From contig JBHJGN010000039.1 in assembly GCA_050331735.1 (NCBI GenBank), positions 39,624-103,623 on the forward strand: a stretch of 64,000 bases of DNA, read 5' to 3'. Under the pieces are notes generated by a model. The model did not search any database. It saw only the letters and a list, made by a program, of their open reading frames with translations, and was not told the DNA's origin. The translations under genes were made by a program, and so were the position numbers. The stretch comes from Cyanophyceae cyanobacterium (lineage in GTDB: Bacteria > Cyanobacteriota > Cyanobacteriia > Cyanobacteriales > JBHJGN01). This document shows positions 37,800 to 47,953 of this stretch, piece by piece. The first letter of the stretch is position 1; each line of letters begins with the position of its first letter.

Positions 37800-40103
37800 A
37801 TGAAAATTTTGTTAGTAGAAGATGATGAGCTGGTCGTTCAAGAACTGGGTTCAGCTCTCCAAAACCAGCACTATGCTGTTGACGTAGCGAAAGACGGACA
37901 GGAGGGGTGGGAACTGGGGTCAGCCGGAACCTACGATTTAGTGTTGCTGGATGTGATGCTTCCAAAAATGAACGGCATCGAGCTGTGTCAGCAGTTGCGA
38001 TCGCAGGGAGTCCAAACTCCGATTCTGTTGATGACGGCTCAGGACACCAACACCGACGAGATTATTGGGTTGGATGCCGGGGCGGATGACTACGTGACCA
38101 AGCCTTTGAATTTTCGAGTGTTGCTGGCCCGCATCCGGGCTTTACTGCGTCGCGGACAGACCGAATTGGCTCCGTTACTGACCTGGGGCGATCTCTGCCT
38201 CGATCCGAGTACCTGTGATGTTACCTACCGCAATCAGCTACTCCACCTCACTCCCAAGGAGTATGGCTTGCTAGAGCTGTTTCTGCGCAATCCCCAGCGG
38301 GTTTATAGCCGCAGCGTCATTCTCGACCATCTGTGGACCCTGGAGGCATCGCCGGGAGAGGAAACCGTTACCGCTCACATCAAGGGGCTGCGGCAAAAAT
38401 TAAAGGCCGCAGGCATCGCAGATCCCATCGAAACCGTCTACGGCATTGGCTACCGCCTTAAGCCCACCCCGCAGGCGGCAGCTTCTGCGCAGCATCAAGC
38501 CCTGCCGCTCAGTTCCCAAGAGGCGCAGCAGCAGGTCCAAGCAAAAGTTTCGACAGTTTGGGAACGAGTGCAGGAGAAGCTGAGTCAACGGGTGACCGCC
38601 ATCGAAGAGGCAACGACTGTTCTCCTCAAATCTCGGCTGAGCCGCCAGCAGCGTCTTCAGGCTCAGCAGGCAGCCCATAAACTCGCGGGGTCTCTGGGGA
38701 TGTTTGACCTCGACGAAGGCTCGCGGCTCGCGCGAGAAATTGAGCAGTTATTGCAACAGCGGTCCCTCAGCAACCCCCAAAGGCGGCAGCTCACTCACTT
38801 AATTGGAGCTCTACGACAAGAGCTACAGCGGACGACGAGCACGCTGAGCGCTGAATCTCCGCCCTCTCCAGCACTGCTGATCGTTAGTGAAGACCTGAGC
38901 TTTGCCCAGGAATTAGCAGCCGTCGCTCAAGGGAAGGGGTTAGACTCTCAGATCCTGTCTGATCTCGTTGAAACGAGAGCCTGGGTGGCCGTTCATCCTC
39001 CTGAAGTCGTGTTCCTCGACCTTGGCGGTGAGAGCGAATTCAACGCTGCTCAACTCGCCTTACTCGAAGAGCTGAAAGCATCAACGCCTCCCGTTCCGGT
39101 GCTCGTTTCTGGTCCCAACGGCATCCTCAACCGCGTCCAGGTTGCTCGCCTGGGCGGACGACGGTTTTTACCGAAGCCCGTCTCATCGGCTCAGGTGCTA
39201 GAAACGATCGCCCAAGTGCTCCAGCAAACGCGCTACCATACAGCCACCATTGCCGTCGTAGACGACGATCCGCAGATTCTGCTGGCCCTGCGGCACCTGC
39301 TCCAGCCGTGGGGCATCAAGCTGATCGCTCTTGATGCGCTGCAATTTTGGGAGCGGTTAGGCAGCATACCGCTCGATCTGCTGATTCTGGACGTAGAAAT
39401 GCCCCAGATCAGCGGACTGGAACTGTGCCAGCTCGTGCGGAACGACCCGCGCTGGACCGATCTGCCCGTGCTGTTTCTGACGGCTCATACCGATGCCCAA
39501 ACGATGCAGCAAGTGTTTGCGGCGGGAGCCGACGACTTTGTGACGAAACCGATCGTCGGTCCTGAATTAGTCACTCGGATTCTCAATCGGCTCGAGCGCT
39601 CGTCCTTAGTTCGCCGCCAAACTCAGCTCGATCCGTTAACGGGTCTGGCTAATTATCGCTGCTCCCATCAGGAACTCACGCGGCTGCTGGACATGGCCCA
39701 TCGTGATCGCCAACCGCTATGCTTTAGCGTCCTGCACCTCGAGCGCCTCCAGCAGATCAACGAGGAGCACGGCCACGGGCTTGCCGACCAAGCCCTCAGA
39801 CAGTTCGGTTACTTGCTGCGGCAGACCTTTCAAAGCGAAGACCTGGTGGCTCGCTGGGGGGGAGCAGAGTTTGTCATCGGTATGTACGCGATGACAGAAC
39901 GCGATGGTGTCCAGCGTCTCTTAGACGTGAAGAACAAGCTCTCTCAAGTGTCTCTCCCGCTCACCTTTAAGGCGGGAGTGGTGCAGTATCCGCAGGACGG
40001 CCCTGACTTGCAGTCCCTGTATCACCAGGCCTTCACCCGGCTGCAGCACCAAGCTCCAGCCAGCAACCCCATTCGTACTCGGCCCCCGTCAAATTCCCCA
40101 TGA
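37800..40103 (+). CDS. RcaC-like response regulator (REC-wHTH-Hpt-REC-REC) with degenerate GGDEF domain
   Basis: LLDVMLP; LTPKEYGLL...IETVYGIGYRL; AAHKLAGSLG; ILDVEMP; DPLTGLAN...ARWGGAEF. Confidence 0.92.
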   Translation: MKILLVEDDELVVQELGSALQNQHYAVDVAKDGQEGWELGSAGTYDLVLLDVMLPKMNGIELCQQLRSQGVQTPILLMTAQDTNTDEIIGLDAGADDYVTKPLNFRVLLARIRALLRRGQTELAPLLTWGDLCLDPSTCDVTYRNQLLHLTPKEYGLLELFLRNPQRVYSRSVILDHLWTLEASPGEETVTAHIKGLRQKLKAAGIADPIETVYGIGYRLKPTPQAAASAQHQALPLSSQEAQQQVQAKVSTVWERVQEKLSQRVTAIEEATTVLLKSRLSRQQRLQAQQAAHKLAGSLGMFDLDEGSRLAREIEQLLQQRSLSNPQRRQLTHLIGALRQELQRTTSTLSAESPPSPALLIVSEDLSFAQELAAVAQGKGLDSQILSDLVETRAWVAVHPPEVVFLDLGGESEFNAAQLALLEELKASTPPVPVLVSGPNGILNRVQVARLGGRRFLPKPVSSAQVLETIAQVLQQTRYHTATIAVVDDDPQILLALRHLLQPWGIKLIALDALQFWERLGSIPLDLLILDVEMPQISGLELCQLVRNDPRWTDLPVLFLTAHTDAQTMQQVFAAGADDFVTKPIVGPELVTRILNRLERSSLVRRQTQLDPLTGLANYRCSHQELTRLLDMAHRDRQPLCFSVLHLERLQQINEEHGHGLADQALRQFGYLLRQTFQSEDLVARWGGAEFVIGMYAMTERDGVQRLLDVKNKLSQVSLPLTFKAGVVQYPQDGPDLQSLYHQAFTRLQHQAPASNPIRTRPPSNSP

Positions 40104-43100
40104 TGCCTGACCCTAGCAACGAACCAGCCAGACTCAAAGCCCTCCACCGCTATCGCGTTTTAGATACCCTGCCGGAAACCGCCTTTGACGATCTCACCCG
40201 GCTGGCCGCCTCCATCTGCCAGACGCCGATCGCCTTAGTGAGCTTAGTAGACAAAGAGCGACAGTGGTTTAAATCGAAAGTGGGCCTGGAGGCAGCGGAA
40301 ACGCCCCGCGAAGTCGCTTTTTGTGCTCAGGCGATCACGAACCCCAGAGAAGCCTGTGTTGTTCCAGATGCCCGGGAGGAGCAGCGTTTTGCCACCAACC
40401 CGCTTGTTCTCGACGGACCGAAAATTCGCTTTTATGCCGGAGTTCCCCTGGTCACTCCGGAAGGCTATGCCTTGGGAACTCTCTGCGTCATCGATACCAA
40501 ACCGCGCACCATTGCCGCTGAGCAGCTCAGCGCCCTCAAGGCTCTAGCGCGCCAGGTGATGACTCAACTGGAACTGCGCCGCCAGACCTTGGAAGCCGAA
40601 GCTGCTCGCGCTCAAGTCACGAACATTTTAGAGAGCATCACGGATGGTTTTTTTGCCCTCGATACCCACTGGCGGTTTACCTACATTAACCGTCAGGCAG
40701 AGTCACTGCTCCAGAGAAGTCGGGAAGAACTCGTGGGCCAAAATATTTGGGAGATCTTTCCAGAAGCCGTCGAAACCAACTTTTACCGGGAGTACCAGCG
40801 GGCGATCGCTGAGGGGGTGAGCGTTGACTTTGCGGAATTTTATCCGCCCCTCAACACCTGGTATGAAGTTCACGCCTATCCTTCTTCAGAGGGACTGTCG
40901 GTCTATTTTCAGGACGTCACTGAGCGCAAACAGATGGAGTTAGCGATGCGGCAGCAGTCGGCAGCGCTGGCAAACTTCAGTACTCATCTTAAGCATCTCC
41001 ATCGCATTAATATCACCACCTACGCCAGTTTTGAGGCTCTCTTCGCCGACAGTTTAGCAACCGGATGTACGATTCTGGGGCTGTCAACGGGAATTATTAG
41101 CCAAATTACCGACCAGACCTATACAATCCGGGCGGTGAGGTCGCCGCTAGCTCTGTCAGCGGGAGCAGAATTTGAGCTACAGAACACCTACTGCGCTGCC
41201 GTAGTCAGAGAACGCCGCACGATCGCCTATACGCAGGTGGGCACCAGTGACCTGCAAAGGCATCCGGTATACCACACTCTCGGCTTAGAAGCCTACATCG
41301 GGGCCCCAATTTGGGTCAACGGGGAAATCTACGGAACGCTGAATTTCTCGTCAACAGAGCCAAAATCCAGCGGTTTTGAGCCCCACGAACGGGAATTGAT
41401 TGAACTCATGGCCCAAAGCATTGGTCGGTTTATTGCGGCAGACCAAGCAGACACCGAGCGTCAGCAGATGATCGCCGAACTCCGACGAACCAATCAGCGC
41501 GTCCAGCTATTTGCCGATGTAGCGCTCAAAATCCGCCGCTCCCTGAAGCTTGAGGAGATATTGGAGACGACGGTGACCGAGGTACAGCAGTTTTTGAGGT
41601 GCGATCGCGTGATTATTTTTCAGCTCCAAAGAAACGGCAGTGGCAGAGTGGTCAGAGAAGCGTTGGTGCCCGGATGTCCGGCCATTCTCGGTCAGGATAT
41701 CGACGACCCCTGCTTTCGCAGCGAATACATGGACAAGTATCGCCAAGGACGCACCAGCGCGATCACCGATCTCGAGCAGGCCGACCTGGAAGAGTGCCAC
41801 AAAGAACTGCTTCAGCAGTTTGCCACCCGCGCCAATTTAGTCGTGCCGATTCTGCACCATGAAGAGCTGTGGGGCTTACTGATCGCTCATCAGTGCTACC
41901 GCCCTCGGCAGTGGAGAGATTCCGAAATTGAGTTTCTCCAGCTCCTCGCCAACCAGCTTGGCATTGCTCTCGGGCAAAGTCAGCTCGTGGTCGCTCTCCA
42001 GGAGAGCGAACAGCGATTTCGCCTGCTAGCCGATAGTGCCCCGGTCCTGCTGTGGATGACGGGAACCGAGCACCAAGCAACGTTTTTCAATCAAACCTGG
42101 CTCAACTTTAGCGGACAACCTCTGGCTCAAGCGCTGGCCAGCGGTTGGGCAGCAGGCATTCATCCCGACGACCGCGAGCGCTGCCAGGAGACGTATTCAG
42201 CCGCTGTTGAGCGCCACGAGAGCTTTACCCTAGAGTATCGCCGCCAGTCCAACCGAGAGTATCGCTGGGTGCTAGATACAGGAGTGCCGCGACTGACCCC
42301 AGACGGCAGCTTTGCCGGCTACATCGGTTCCTGTATCGATATTAGCGATCGCCGCGAAGTGGAACAGCTCAAAGATGAGTTTGTGTCGGTTGTCAGTCAC
42401 GAACTACGGACCCCCCTCACGTCGATTGGTGGCGCCTTAGATTTGCTCGCTAGCGGAGTGCTGCACACCCAACCCCAGCGGGCACAAAGGATGCTGCAAA
42501 TTGCTGTCAACAATACAGATCGGCTGGTGCGCTTGATCAACGACATTCTCGATATTGAACGAATCGAGTCCGGCAAAGTGATGATGAGTAAACAGGGTGG
42601 CAACGTCTCGGACCTGCTCGATAGCGCCGTCGCCACCGTGAGCGAGCTAGCCGAGAATGCGGGAGTGACCCTCCAGGTGTCTACGCTCTCGGCGCGACTA
42701 TGGGTCGATCCAGACCGCATCATTCAGGTACTGACCAACTTACTCAGTAACGCGATCAAATTTTCCGACCCGGGCTCAACCGTATGGCTAACGGCCTCCC
42801 GTGTCTGTGGCTCGACGGCTAACCGCTCGCCAGCAGAGAGCGAACCCATGATTTTGTTTCAAGTCTGCGACCAAGGACGAGGCATTCCCGCCGATCAGCT
42901 CGAAACCATTTTTGGTCGCTTTCAGCAGGTGGATGCGTCTGATTCGCGCCGGCGGGGCGGCACCGGCTTAGGACTCGCGATTTGTCGCAGTATTGTGCAG
43001 CACCACGACGGTCAGATCTGGGCAGAAAGTACCTTCGGAGAGGGCAGCACCTTTTTCTTTACTCTGCCGGTTTTACAGGAAGAAGCGCCGGCAAGCGTCA

Positions 43101-43861
43101 ATTCAGGCCCGCTAGTGCTCGTTTGCGATGACGACCCTTCCTTACGAACTGTGGTGCAAACCCTGCTCGAACAGCAAAATTACCAAGTCGTTGCCGTGGC
43201 CTCGGGCCGAGAAGCGATCGCCCAGGCTACCGCGCTGACCCCCGATGTGATTTTGCTAAATTTGCTCATGCCGGAAATGAACGGCTGGGAAACCCTGTCT
43301 GTTCTCAAAGCCCAGTCAGAAACCGCCTCAATTCCTGTGGTAATTTTTAGTGGGCTGATGCCCGATGCCAGAGAGCAGCATCCAGAAATCAGCGATTGGA
43401 TCGTGAAGCCAGCCGAGCAACAGCGCCTCTGTCAGGCGTTAGAGGCGCTGCTCCAGCCTCCGCAAAATCTCAAGGTGCTGATCGTCGAAGACGACCCCGA
43501 TTTAGCTCAGGTGCTGGTGGCCCTGTTCGACCGTCACGGCATTCAGACTCTCCGGGCGCGAACGGGACGGGAAGCACTTCAGCTCAGTCAACGCTTTATG
43601 CCCAACTTGCTGGTGCTTGACCTAAGCTTGCCAGACTACGATGGCTTTGCGGTGGTCGATTGGCTCCGGCAGCACAATCGCCTGTGGCGACTTCCGCTTG
43701 TGGTTTACACCGCGAAAGATTTAGAGGCCTCTGAACGAGAGCGCCTACAGCTCGGACACACGCTCTTTTTCACCAAAGGACGCATCACCCCTGAAGAATT
43801 TGAACAGCGAGTGATTCGCTTACTGGGCCGACTGATGAGCAAGCGAGGAGAAGACCGATGA
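40100..43861 (+). CDS. Hybrid histidine kinase GAF-PAS-GAF-DXCF cyanobacteriochrome GAF-PAS-HisKA-HATPase-REC-REC
   Basis: DDPCF and ECH cysteines; RANLVVP, LWGLLIAH; VSHELRTPL; first REC has Asp->Asn (LLNLLMP); ATGA overlap. Confidence 0.93.
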   Translation: MMPDPSNEPARLKALHRYRVLDTLPETAFDDLTRLAASICQTPIALVSLVDKERQWFKSKVGLEAAETPREVAFCAQAITNPREACVVPDAREEQRFATNPLVLDGPKIRFYAGVPLVTPEGYALGTLCVIDTKPRTIAAEQLSALKALARQVMTQLELRRQTLEAEAARAQVTNILESITDGFFALDTHWRFTYINRQAESLLQRSREELVGQNIWEIFPEAVETNFYREYQRAIAEGVSVDFAEFYPPLNTWYEVHAYPSSEGLSVYFQDVTERKQMELAMRQQSAALANFSTHLKHLHRINITTYASFEALFADSLATGCTILGLSTGIISQITDQTYTIRAVRSPLALSAGAEFELQNTYCAAVVRERRTIAYTQVGTSDLQRHPVYHTLGLEAYIGAPIWVNGEIYGTLNFSSTEPKSSGFEPHERELIELMAQSIGRFIAADQADTERQQMIAELRRTNQRVQLFADVALKIRRSLKLEEILETTVTEVQQFLRCDRVIIFQLQRNGSGRVVREALVPGCPAILGQDIDDPCFRSEYMDKYRQGRTSAITDLEQADLEECHKELLQQFATRANLVVPILHHEELWGLLIAHQCYRPRQWRDSEIEFLQLLANQLGIALGQSQLVVALQESEQRFRLLADSAPVLLWMTGTEHQATFFNQTWLNFSGQPLAQALASGWAAGIHPDDRERCQETYSAAVERHESFTLEYRRQSNREYRWVLDTGVPRLTPDGSFAGYIGSCIDISDRREVEQLKDEFVSVVSHELRTPLTSIGGALDLLASGVLHTQPQRAQRMLQIAVNNTDRLVRLINDILDIERIESGKVMMSKQGGNVSDLLDSAVATVSELAENAGVTLQVSTLSARLWVDPDRIIQVLTNLLSNAIKFSDPGSTVWLTASRVCGSTANRSPAESEPMILFQVCDQGRGIPADQLETIFGRFQQVDASDSRRRGGTGLGLAICRSIVQHHDGQIWAESTFGEGSTFFFTLPVLQEEAPASVNSGPLVLVCDDDPSLRTVVQTLLEQQNYQVVAVASGREAIAQATALTPDVILLNLLMPEMNGWETLSVLKAQSETASIPVVIFSGLMPDAREQHPEISDWIVKPAEQQRLCQALEALLQPPQNLKVLIVEDDPDLAQVLVALFDRHGIQTLRARTGREALQLSQRFMPNLLVLDLSLPDYDGFAVVDWLRQHNRLWRLPLVVYTAKDLEASERERLQLGHTLFFTKGRITPEEFEQRVIRLLGRLMSKRGEDR

Positions 43862-44253
43862 CGAAGCGCATCTTAGTCATTGATGATGATGAAGACATTC
43901 GCGAGGTGGCTCAGGTCGCTCTAGAAGTCGTTGGTGGGTGGGAGGTACTGGTCACGAGTTCCGGTGCGGCAGGGCTGCGTTTAGCCGCCGCTCAGCAGCC
44001 GGATGCGATTCTTCTAGACGTAATGATGCCCGATCTTGACGGCATTGCCACCTTTCAACGGCTCCAGAGCAATCCAGCAACGCAGCAGATTCCCGTCATT
44101 TTACTGACAGCTAAAGTGCAGCCTGCCGATCAGCGTAAATTTGCTCAGCTAGACGTGGTAGCGACCATTGCTAAACCGTTCAAGACCATGCTACTCGCTC
44201 ACCAGGTCGCGAAGATACTGGGCTGGAGCGACGCTGAATCCTTGTCACGGTGA
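43858..44253 (+). CDS. Single-domain response regulator, RcaF-like
   Basis: IDDD, LLDVMMP, LLTAK, AKPF; ATGA overlap with the kinase. Confidence 0.93.
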   Translation: MTKRILVIDDDEDIREVAQVALEVVGGWEVLVTSSGAAGLRLAAAQQPDAILLDVMMPDLDGIATFQRLQSNPATQQIPVILLTAKVQPADQRKFAQLDVVATIAKPFKTMLLAHQVAKILGWSDAESLSR

Positions 44254-44288
44254 TTGTCTTGCTGTTTGGAGACGTGTAGCCCCCCAAT

Positions 44289-44756
44289 TTACTGCACAAT
44301 CAACACCGAACAGTCAGCATGATGAACCACATAGCTACTGACGCTGCCTAATAACACTTCTGATAAACCTCGACGGCCTCGACGACCAAGCACGATGACC
44401 GCTGCTCCCCAGTGGCGAGCTTGTTCGCAGATCCGCGCACCGGGAGAGCCGACCGGAGATTTCAGTTCTGCCACAATTCCGCAGGACAGTGCCTGTTGAC
44501 GATAATCTTCAAGCCACTGTCGGACTTGCTCAAGATCCTTTTGCAGACTTTCATGACGCAGACCTGGCCCCGGTGTCATTTTAATATCCCCTAACGTTCC
44601 AACCCCAAACAGGGGCTGCGCCCGTTCGGCGTCCCAATCAAGGCAGTGAAAGAGCAGCATTTTACTGGTTGGGGCAGAGGCAATTTCTAAGGCTTGTTTA
44701 AAAACGATGGGCGATCGCTCAGAACGATCTAACGCGACCAAAATTTTGTCAAACAT
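44289..44756 (-). CDS. Universal stress protein
   Basis: KILVALD...IVLGRRGRRGLSEVLLGSVSSYVVHHADCSVLIV. Confidence 0.95.
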   Translation of the reverse strand: MFDKILVALDRSERSPIVFKQALEIASAPTSKMLLFHCLDWDAERAQPLFGVGTLGDIKMTPGPGLRHESLQKDLEQVRQWLEDYRQQALSCGIVAELKSPVGSPGARICEQARHWGAAVIVLGRRGRRGLSEVLLGSVSSYVVHHADCSVLIVQ

Positions 44757-44783
44757 CGGTTCTTTCCCTGTAAAAGTCTACAG

Positions 44784-45326
44784 CTAGCAGTGATCGTCTC
44801 TAATCCTGCCGTCTGGCATAACGGTGTGGCAAAACTTGGCTTCGCTGAGATCGGCATTGTCTAGACACGCATGGCGGAGGTTCGCTTGACGCAGATTGGC
44901 CCACACCATCTGAGCGTGAGCTAAATCGGCCCACTGCAAATCCGCTCCATCCAGATTGGCATGACGGAGATCGGCTCTTTCGAGTTTGGCTTCGCACAGA
45001 TCGGCGCGTACGAGACTCGCCCGATGCAGATTGGCCCGACTCAGTTCAGTTTGAGAGAGAATGGCCCCATTTAAAAACGCCTGCTCGAGATTCGCTTTTT
45101 TCAGATGGGATTGATACAAATTCGCTTCAGACAGATTGGCTTCACGAAGCTGGCACCTGTCCAGATTGGCCTGACGCAAACTGGCCTGAGACAGATTGAT
45201 GCCCTGTAAATTGGTTCCCTTGAGCTCAGCCCGATCAAAGTTTCTGTTCCCTAGACAATACTGTTCCCGGAGTTGCTCCGCCTGCTGGTTTTTCCACAGA
45301 TTGAGCTGAATCGGTTTTCGTTTCAT
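44784..45326 (-). CDS. Pentapeptide repeat protein
   Basis: Many A(N/D)LxxA repeats, ending MPDG. Confidence 0.93.
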   Translation of the reverse strand: MKRKPIQLNLWKNQQAEQLREQYCLGNRNFDRAELKGTNLQGINLSQASLRQANLDRCQLREANLSEANLYQSHLKKANLEQAFLNGAILSQTELSRANLHRASLVRADLCEAKLERADLRHANLDGADLQWADLAHAQMVWANLRQANLRHACLDNADLSEAKFCHTVMPDGRIRDDHC

Positions 45327-45329
45327 TCG

Positions 45330-47771
45330 CTAGCAAACCTCCTGACGATTGAGTAAAACACAGCTTAATGCCTGCTCTAGCCGCTCGCAGAAGACAAATT
45401 CCATCTGCTCTCGGACATCTGGGGGCACATCAATGATGTCTGTTTCGTTGTGTCGAGGCAGAAGCACTCGCCTAATCCCCGCTCGACGAGCCGCTAAGAC
45501 CTTTTCTCGGACGCCGCCAATGGGCAAAATTTCTCCACTGAGGTTGATTTCTCCGGTCATGGCGGTATCGGTGCGCACGGGCTGGTTCATCAGCCGCGAG
45601 GCGATCGCCACGGCCATCGTCACTCCTGCCGACGGTCCATCCTTGGGAATGGCTCCAGCAGGAACGTGGAGGTGCAGCCCGTTATCCCTAAACAGCTTGG
45701 CATTAATTCGGAGGGCGGTCGCTTGGGACCAAATGTAGGAACGGGCAATCTGGGCCGACTCCTGCATCACGGCTCCCAACTGCCCCGTGAGGGTGAGGTC
45801 TTTCCCCTGGGGCAGCAGTACGGCTTCTACAAACAGGATCTCTCCGCCTTGATGGGTCCAGGCCAGTCCGGTAGCCACTCCCGGCTGGATCACGCGGCGG
45901 CGCTCTTCTCGTCGGAACTGGCGCGGACCGAGGAGTTCCTCAAGCTGTTCTGGATGGAGGCAGGTGGGCTCGGTGAGGCCCTGAGCATAGCGAACCGCCA
46001 CCTTGCGGCACAGGGTTCCTAGCTGCTGCTCTAGTTTGCGGACTCCAGCCTCGCGAGTATAGAATTCGACGATCACTCGCAGGGTTTCGGGGGAGAGGGA
46101 CAGCGCTTCGGGGGGCAAGCCCGCCTTGTCTACTTGACGCGGAAGAAGATATTGGTGGGCGATCGCCATTTTTTCCTGGTCAGAATACCCGGAGAGCTCG
46201 ATAATCTCCAGTCGATCCAGCAGCGGCGGAGGGACATTGCCTAAATTATTAGCAGTCGCAATGAAGAGAATCTGCGAGAGATCGAACTCTAGATCTAGAT
46301 AAAGATCGCGGAAGCTGTGATTTTGCTGCGGGTCAAGAATCTCCAGTAACGCTGCTGCCGGATCGCCGCGATAGTCTAGGCCCACTTTGTCCAGTTCATC
46401 GAGCAGGAGTACTGGGTTTTTCACTCCGGCTCGATGCAGAGCCTGTACAATCCGACCCGGCATGGCGCCAATATAGGTTCGACGATGACCGCGCAGTTCG
46501 GCTTCATCGTGCAGTCCCCCCAAGCTAATGCGCTCAAACGGACGACCTAAAGCGCGAGCAATCGACTGCCCCAGGCTTGTTTTTCCCACTCCTGGCGGTC
46601 CCGTAAAGCAGAGGACAGTTCCCACCGTGTAGGATGGGCTGATGCTGCCTGCGGTCGATGGTTGGCTCGTCTGCCGCTGGAAGCGGAGCTTGAAAGTGGC
46701 GATGTGTTCGATAATGCGGTCTTTAATTTTTTTCAGCCCGTAATGGTCAGCTTCGAGCACCGCTCTGGCGTTGTCTAAATCGAGGTTGTCCTCGACAAGA
46801 TGGTGCCACGGCATTTCTAGGAGCCAGTCCAGGTAGGTGCGAATCACTCCCCCTTCAGCAGAGGCGCTGCCGACGCTCTCGAGACGAGCTAATTCTCGCT
46901 CGGCCTGCTTTTGGGGAGCGGCTGGCAAGTCTGTCTCAGTCAGGCGCGATCGCAATTCGGCGAGCTCTTGGCTGCCTGGGTCGGCTTCCCCTAGTTCCTC
47001 CTGAATTGTTTTTAACTGCTGCCGCAGGAAAAATTCTTTCTGCTGCTGGTTAATTTCCTTTTTCGTTTCTCCGAGAATTTCCCCCTGGAGACGCTGAATT
47101 TCGACCTCGCTTTGGAAAAGTGTTAACACGCGACGCAACAGCAACTCCAGGTCATCTTCCTCCAGCACAGCCTGCAGGTGTGGGGTTTCTGGCTGTAGCA
47201 GGGTCGCCGTCTGGTAAGCGAGCTTGAGCGGGTCATCACTGTGCCTTAAAAATTCTAGGATTTCTGCCGGAAACTGAGGATGCAGGGACGCCGCTTCCTG
47301 CCACAGGGACTTAATCGCCTGACTCAATGCTTCAATTTCTCGAGCGGTCACTGTTTCCGCCGTCAGCGCCGGGAGCCGTTGAAAACTAGCCACGTAGGTA
47401 GGAGACGTTTGCCGGAGTTCTGCAATACTGACTCGCTCTACCCCTTCGACGATGAGCTGAATCGGACCAATGGGCAGCCGCACCAGTTTGTGGACAACGG
47501 CGAGGGTGGCCACTGGATAAAGGTCTTTCAGGCTTTCTACTGCAACAGTCTCATCGTGCAGCTTCCGAGCCACTTCTGGACGAACAGCCGCAACGATAAG
47601 CTGCTTGGGCTCGGTTAACATCGCTGATTCAGCTACAGCCACCGAGCGCGGCTGTCCGGCTAAAACGGGCAGCGTAATCCCCGGGAAGAGAACGACGTTG
47701 TGAAGCGGCAGCAAAAGACCCGTTTCTAGGCGCTCTCGTTTTTTGAAGAATCGGGGAAGAGTATGCCCCAT
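45330..47771 (-). CDS. lon: ATP-dependent Lon protease (LonA, full length)
   Basis: LON N-domain; GPPGVGKT; GHRRTYIGAMPG; LDELDK; PKDGPSAG catalytic Ser; GGVREK catalytic Lys; AGGAG before ATG 47771. Confidence 0.96.
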   Translation of the reverse strand: MGHTLPRFFKKRERLETGLLLPLHNVVLFPGITLPVLAGQPRSVAVAESAMLTEPKQLIVAAVRPEVARKLHDETVAVESLKDLYPVATLAVVHKLVRLPIGPIQLIVEGVERVSIAELRQTSPTYVASFQRLPALTAETVTAREIEALSQAIKSLWQEAASLHPQFPAEILEFLRHSDDPLKLAYQTATLLQPETPHLQAVLEEDDLELLLRRVLTLFQSEVEIQRLQGEILGETKKEINQQQKEFFLRQQLKTIQEELGEADPGSQELAELRSRLTETDLPAAPQKQAERELARLESVGSASAEGGVIRTYLDWLLEMPWHHLVEDNLDLDNARAVLEADHYGLKKIKDRIIEHIATFKLRFQRQTSQPSTAGSISPSYTVGTVLCFTGPPGVGKTSLGQSIARALGRPFERISLGGLHDEAELRGHRRTYIGAMPGRIVQALHRAGVKNPVLLLDELDKVGLDYRGDPAAALLEILDPQQNHSFRDLYLDLEFDLSQILFIATANNLGNVPPPLLDRLEIIELSGYSDQEKMAIAHQYLLPRQVDKAGLPPEALSLSPETLRVIVEFYTREAGVRKLEQQLGTLCRKVAVRYAQGLTEPTCLHPEQLEELLGPRQFRREERRRVIQPGVATGLAWTHQGGEILFVEAVLLPQGKDLTLTGQLGAVMQESAQIARSYIWSQATALRINAKLFRDNGLHLHVPAGAIPKDGPSAGVTMAVAIASRLMNQPVRTDTAMTGEINLSGEILPIGGVREKVLAARRAGIRRVLLPRHNETDIIDVPPDVREQMEFVFCERLEQALSCVLLNRQEVC

Positions 47772-47797
47772 GACTGTTGCTCCTGGTTTGGAGGTTA

Positions 47798-47953
47798 TAC
47801 CGTTTATCAAAAGTAGTTAGAGAGTTCCCCAAACTCTCAAAGAGTTGGCAGTTAACCGGGAAAAACTGGCATCCTTTTCCCCTTCCCCTTTTCCCGTTCC
47901 GACAGGAACTATTTCCCCCAATTAACCAATCTCATTACTTTTTCTAATTGGTA
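47798..47953. mobile_element. MITE copy 2 (diverged; TTA target duplication) just upstream of lon
   Basis: TACCGTTTATCAAAAGTAG ... TACTTTTCTAATTGGTA-like ends flanked by TTA/TTA; contains a GTTCC-GACA-GGAAC hairpin unit. Confidence 0.8.

Noticed and set aside
47772..47810. N-terminal extension of Lon from TTG 47810
   Set aside because: The TTG lies inside the MITE; ATG 47771 has an AGGAG RBS.
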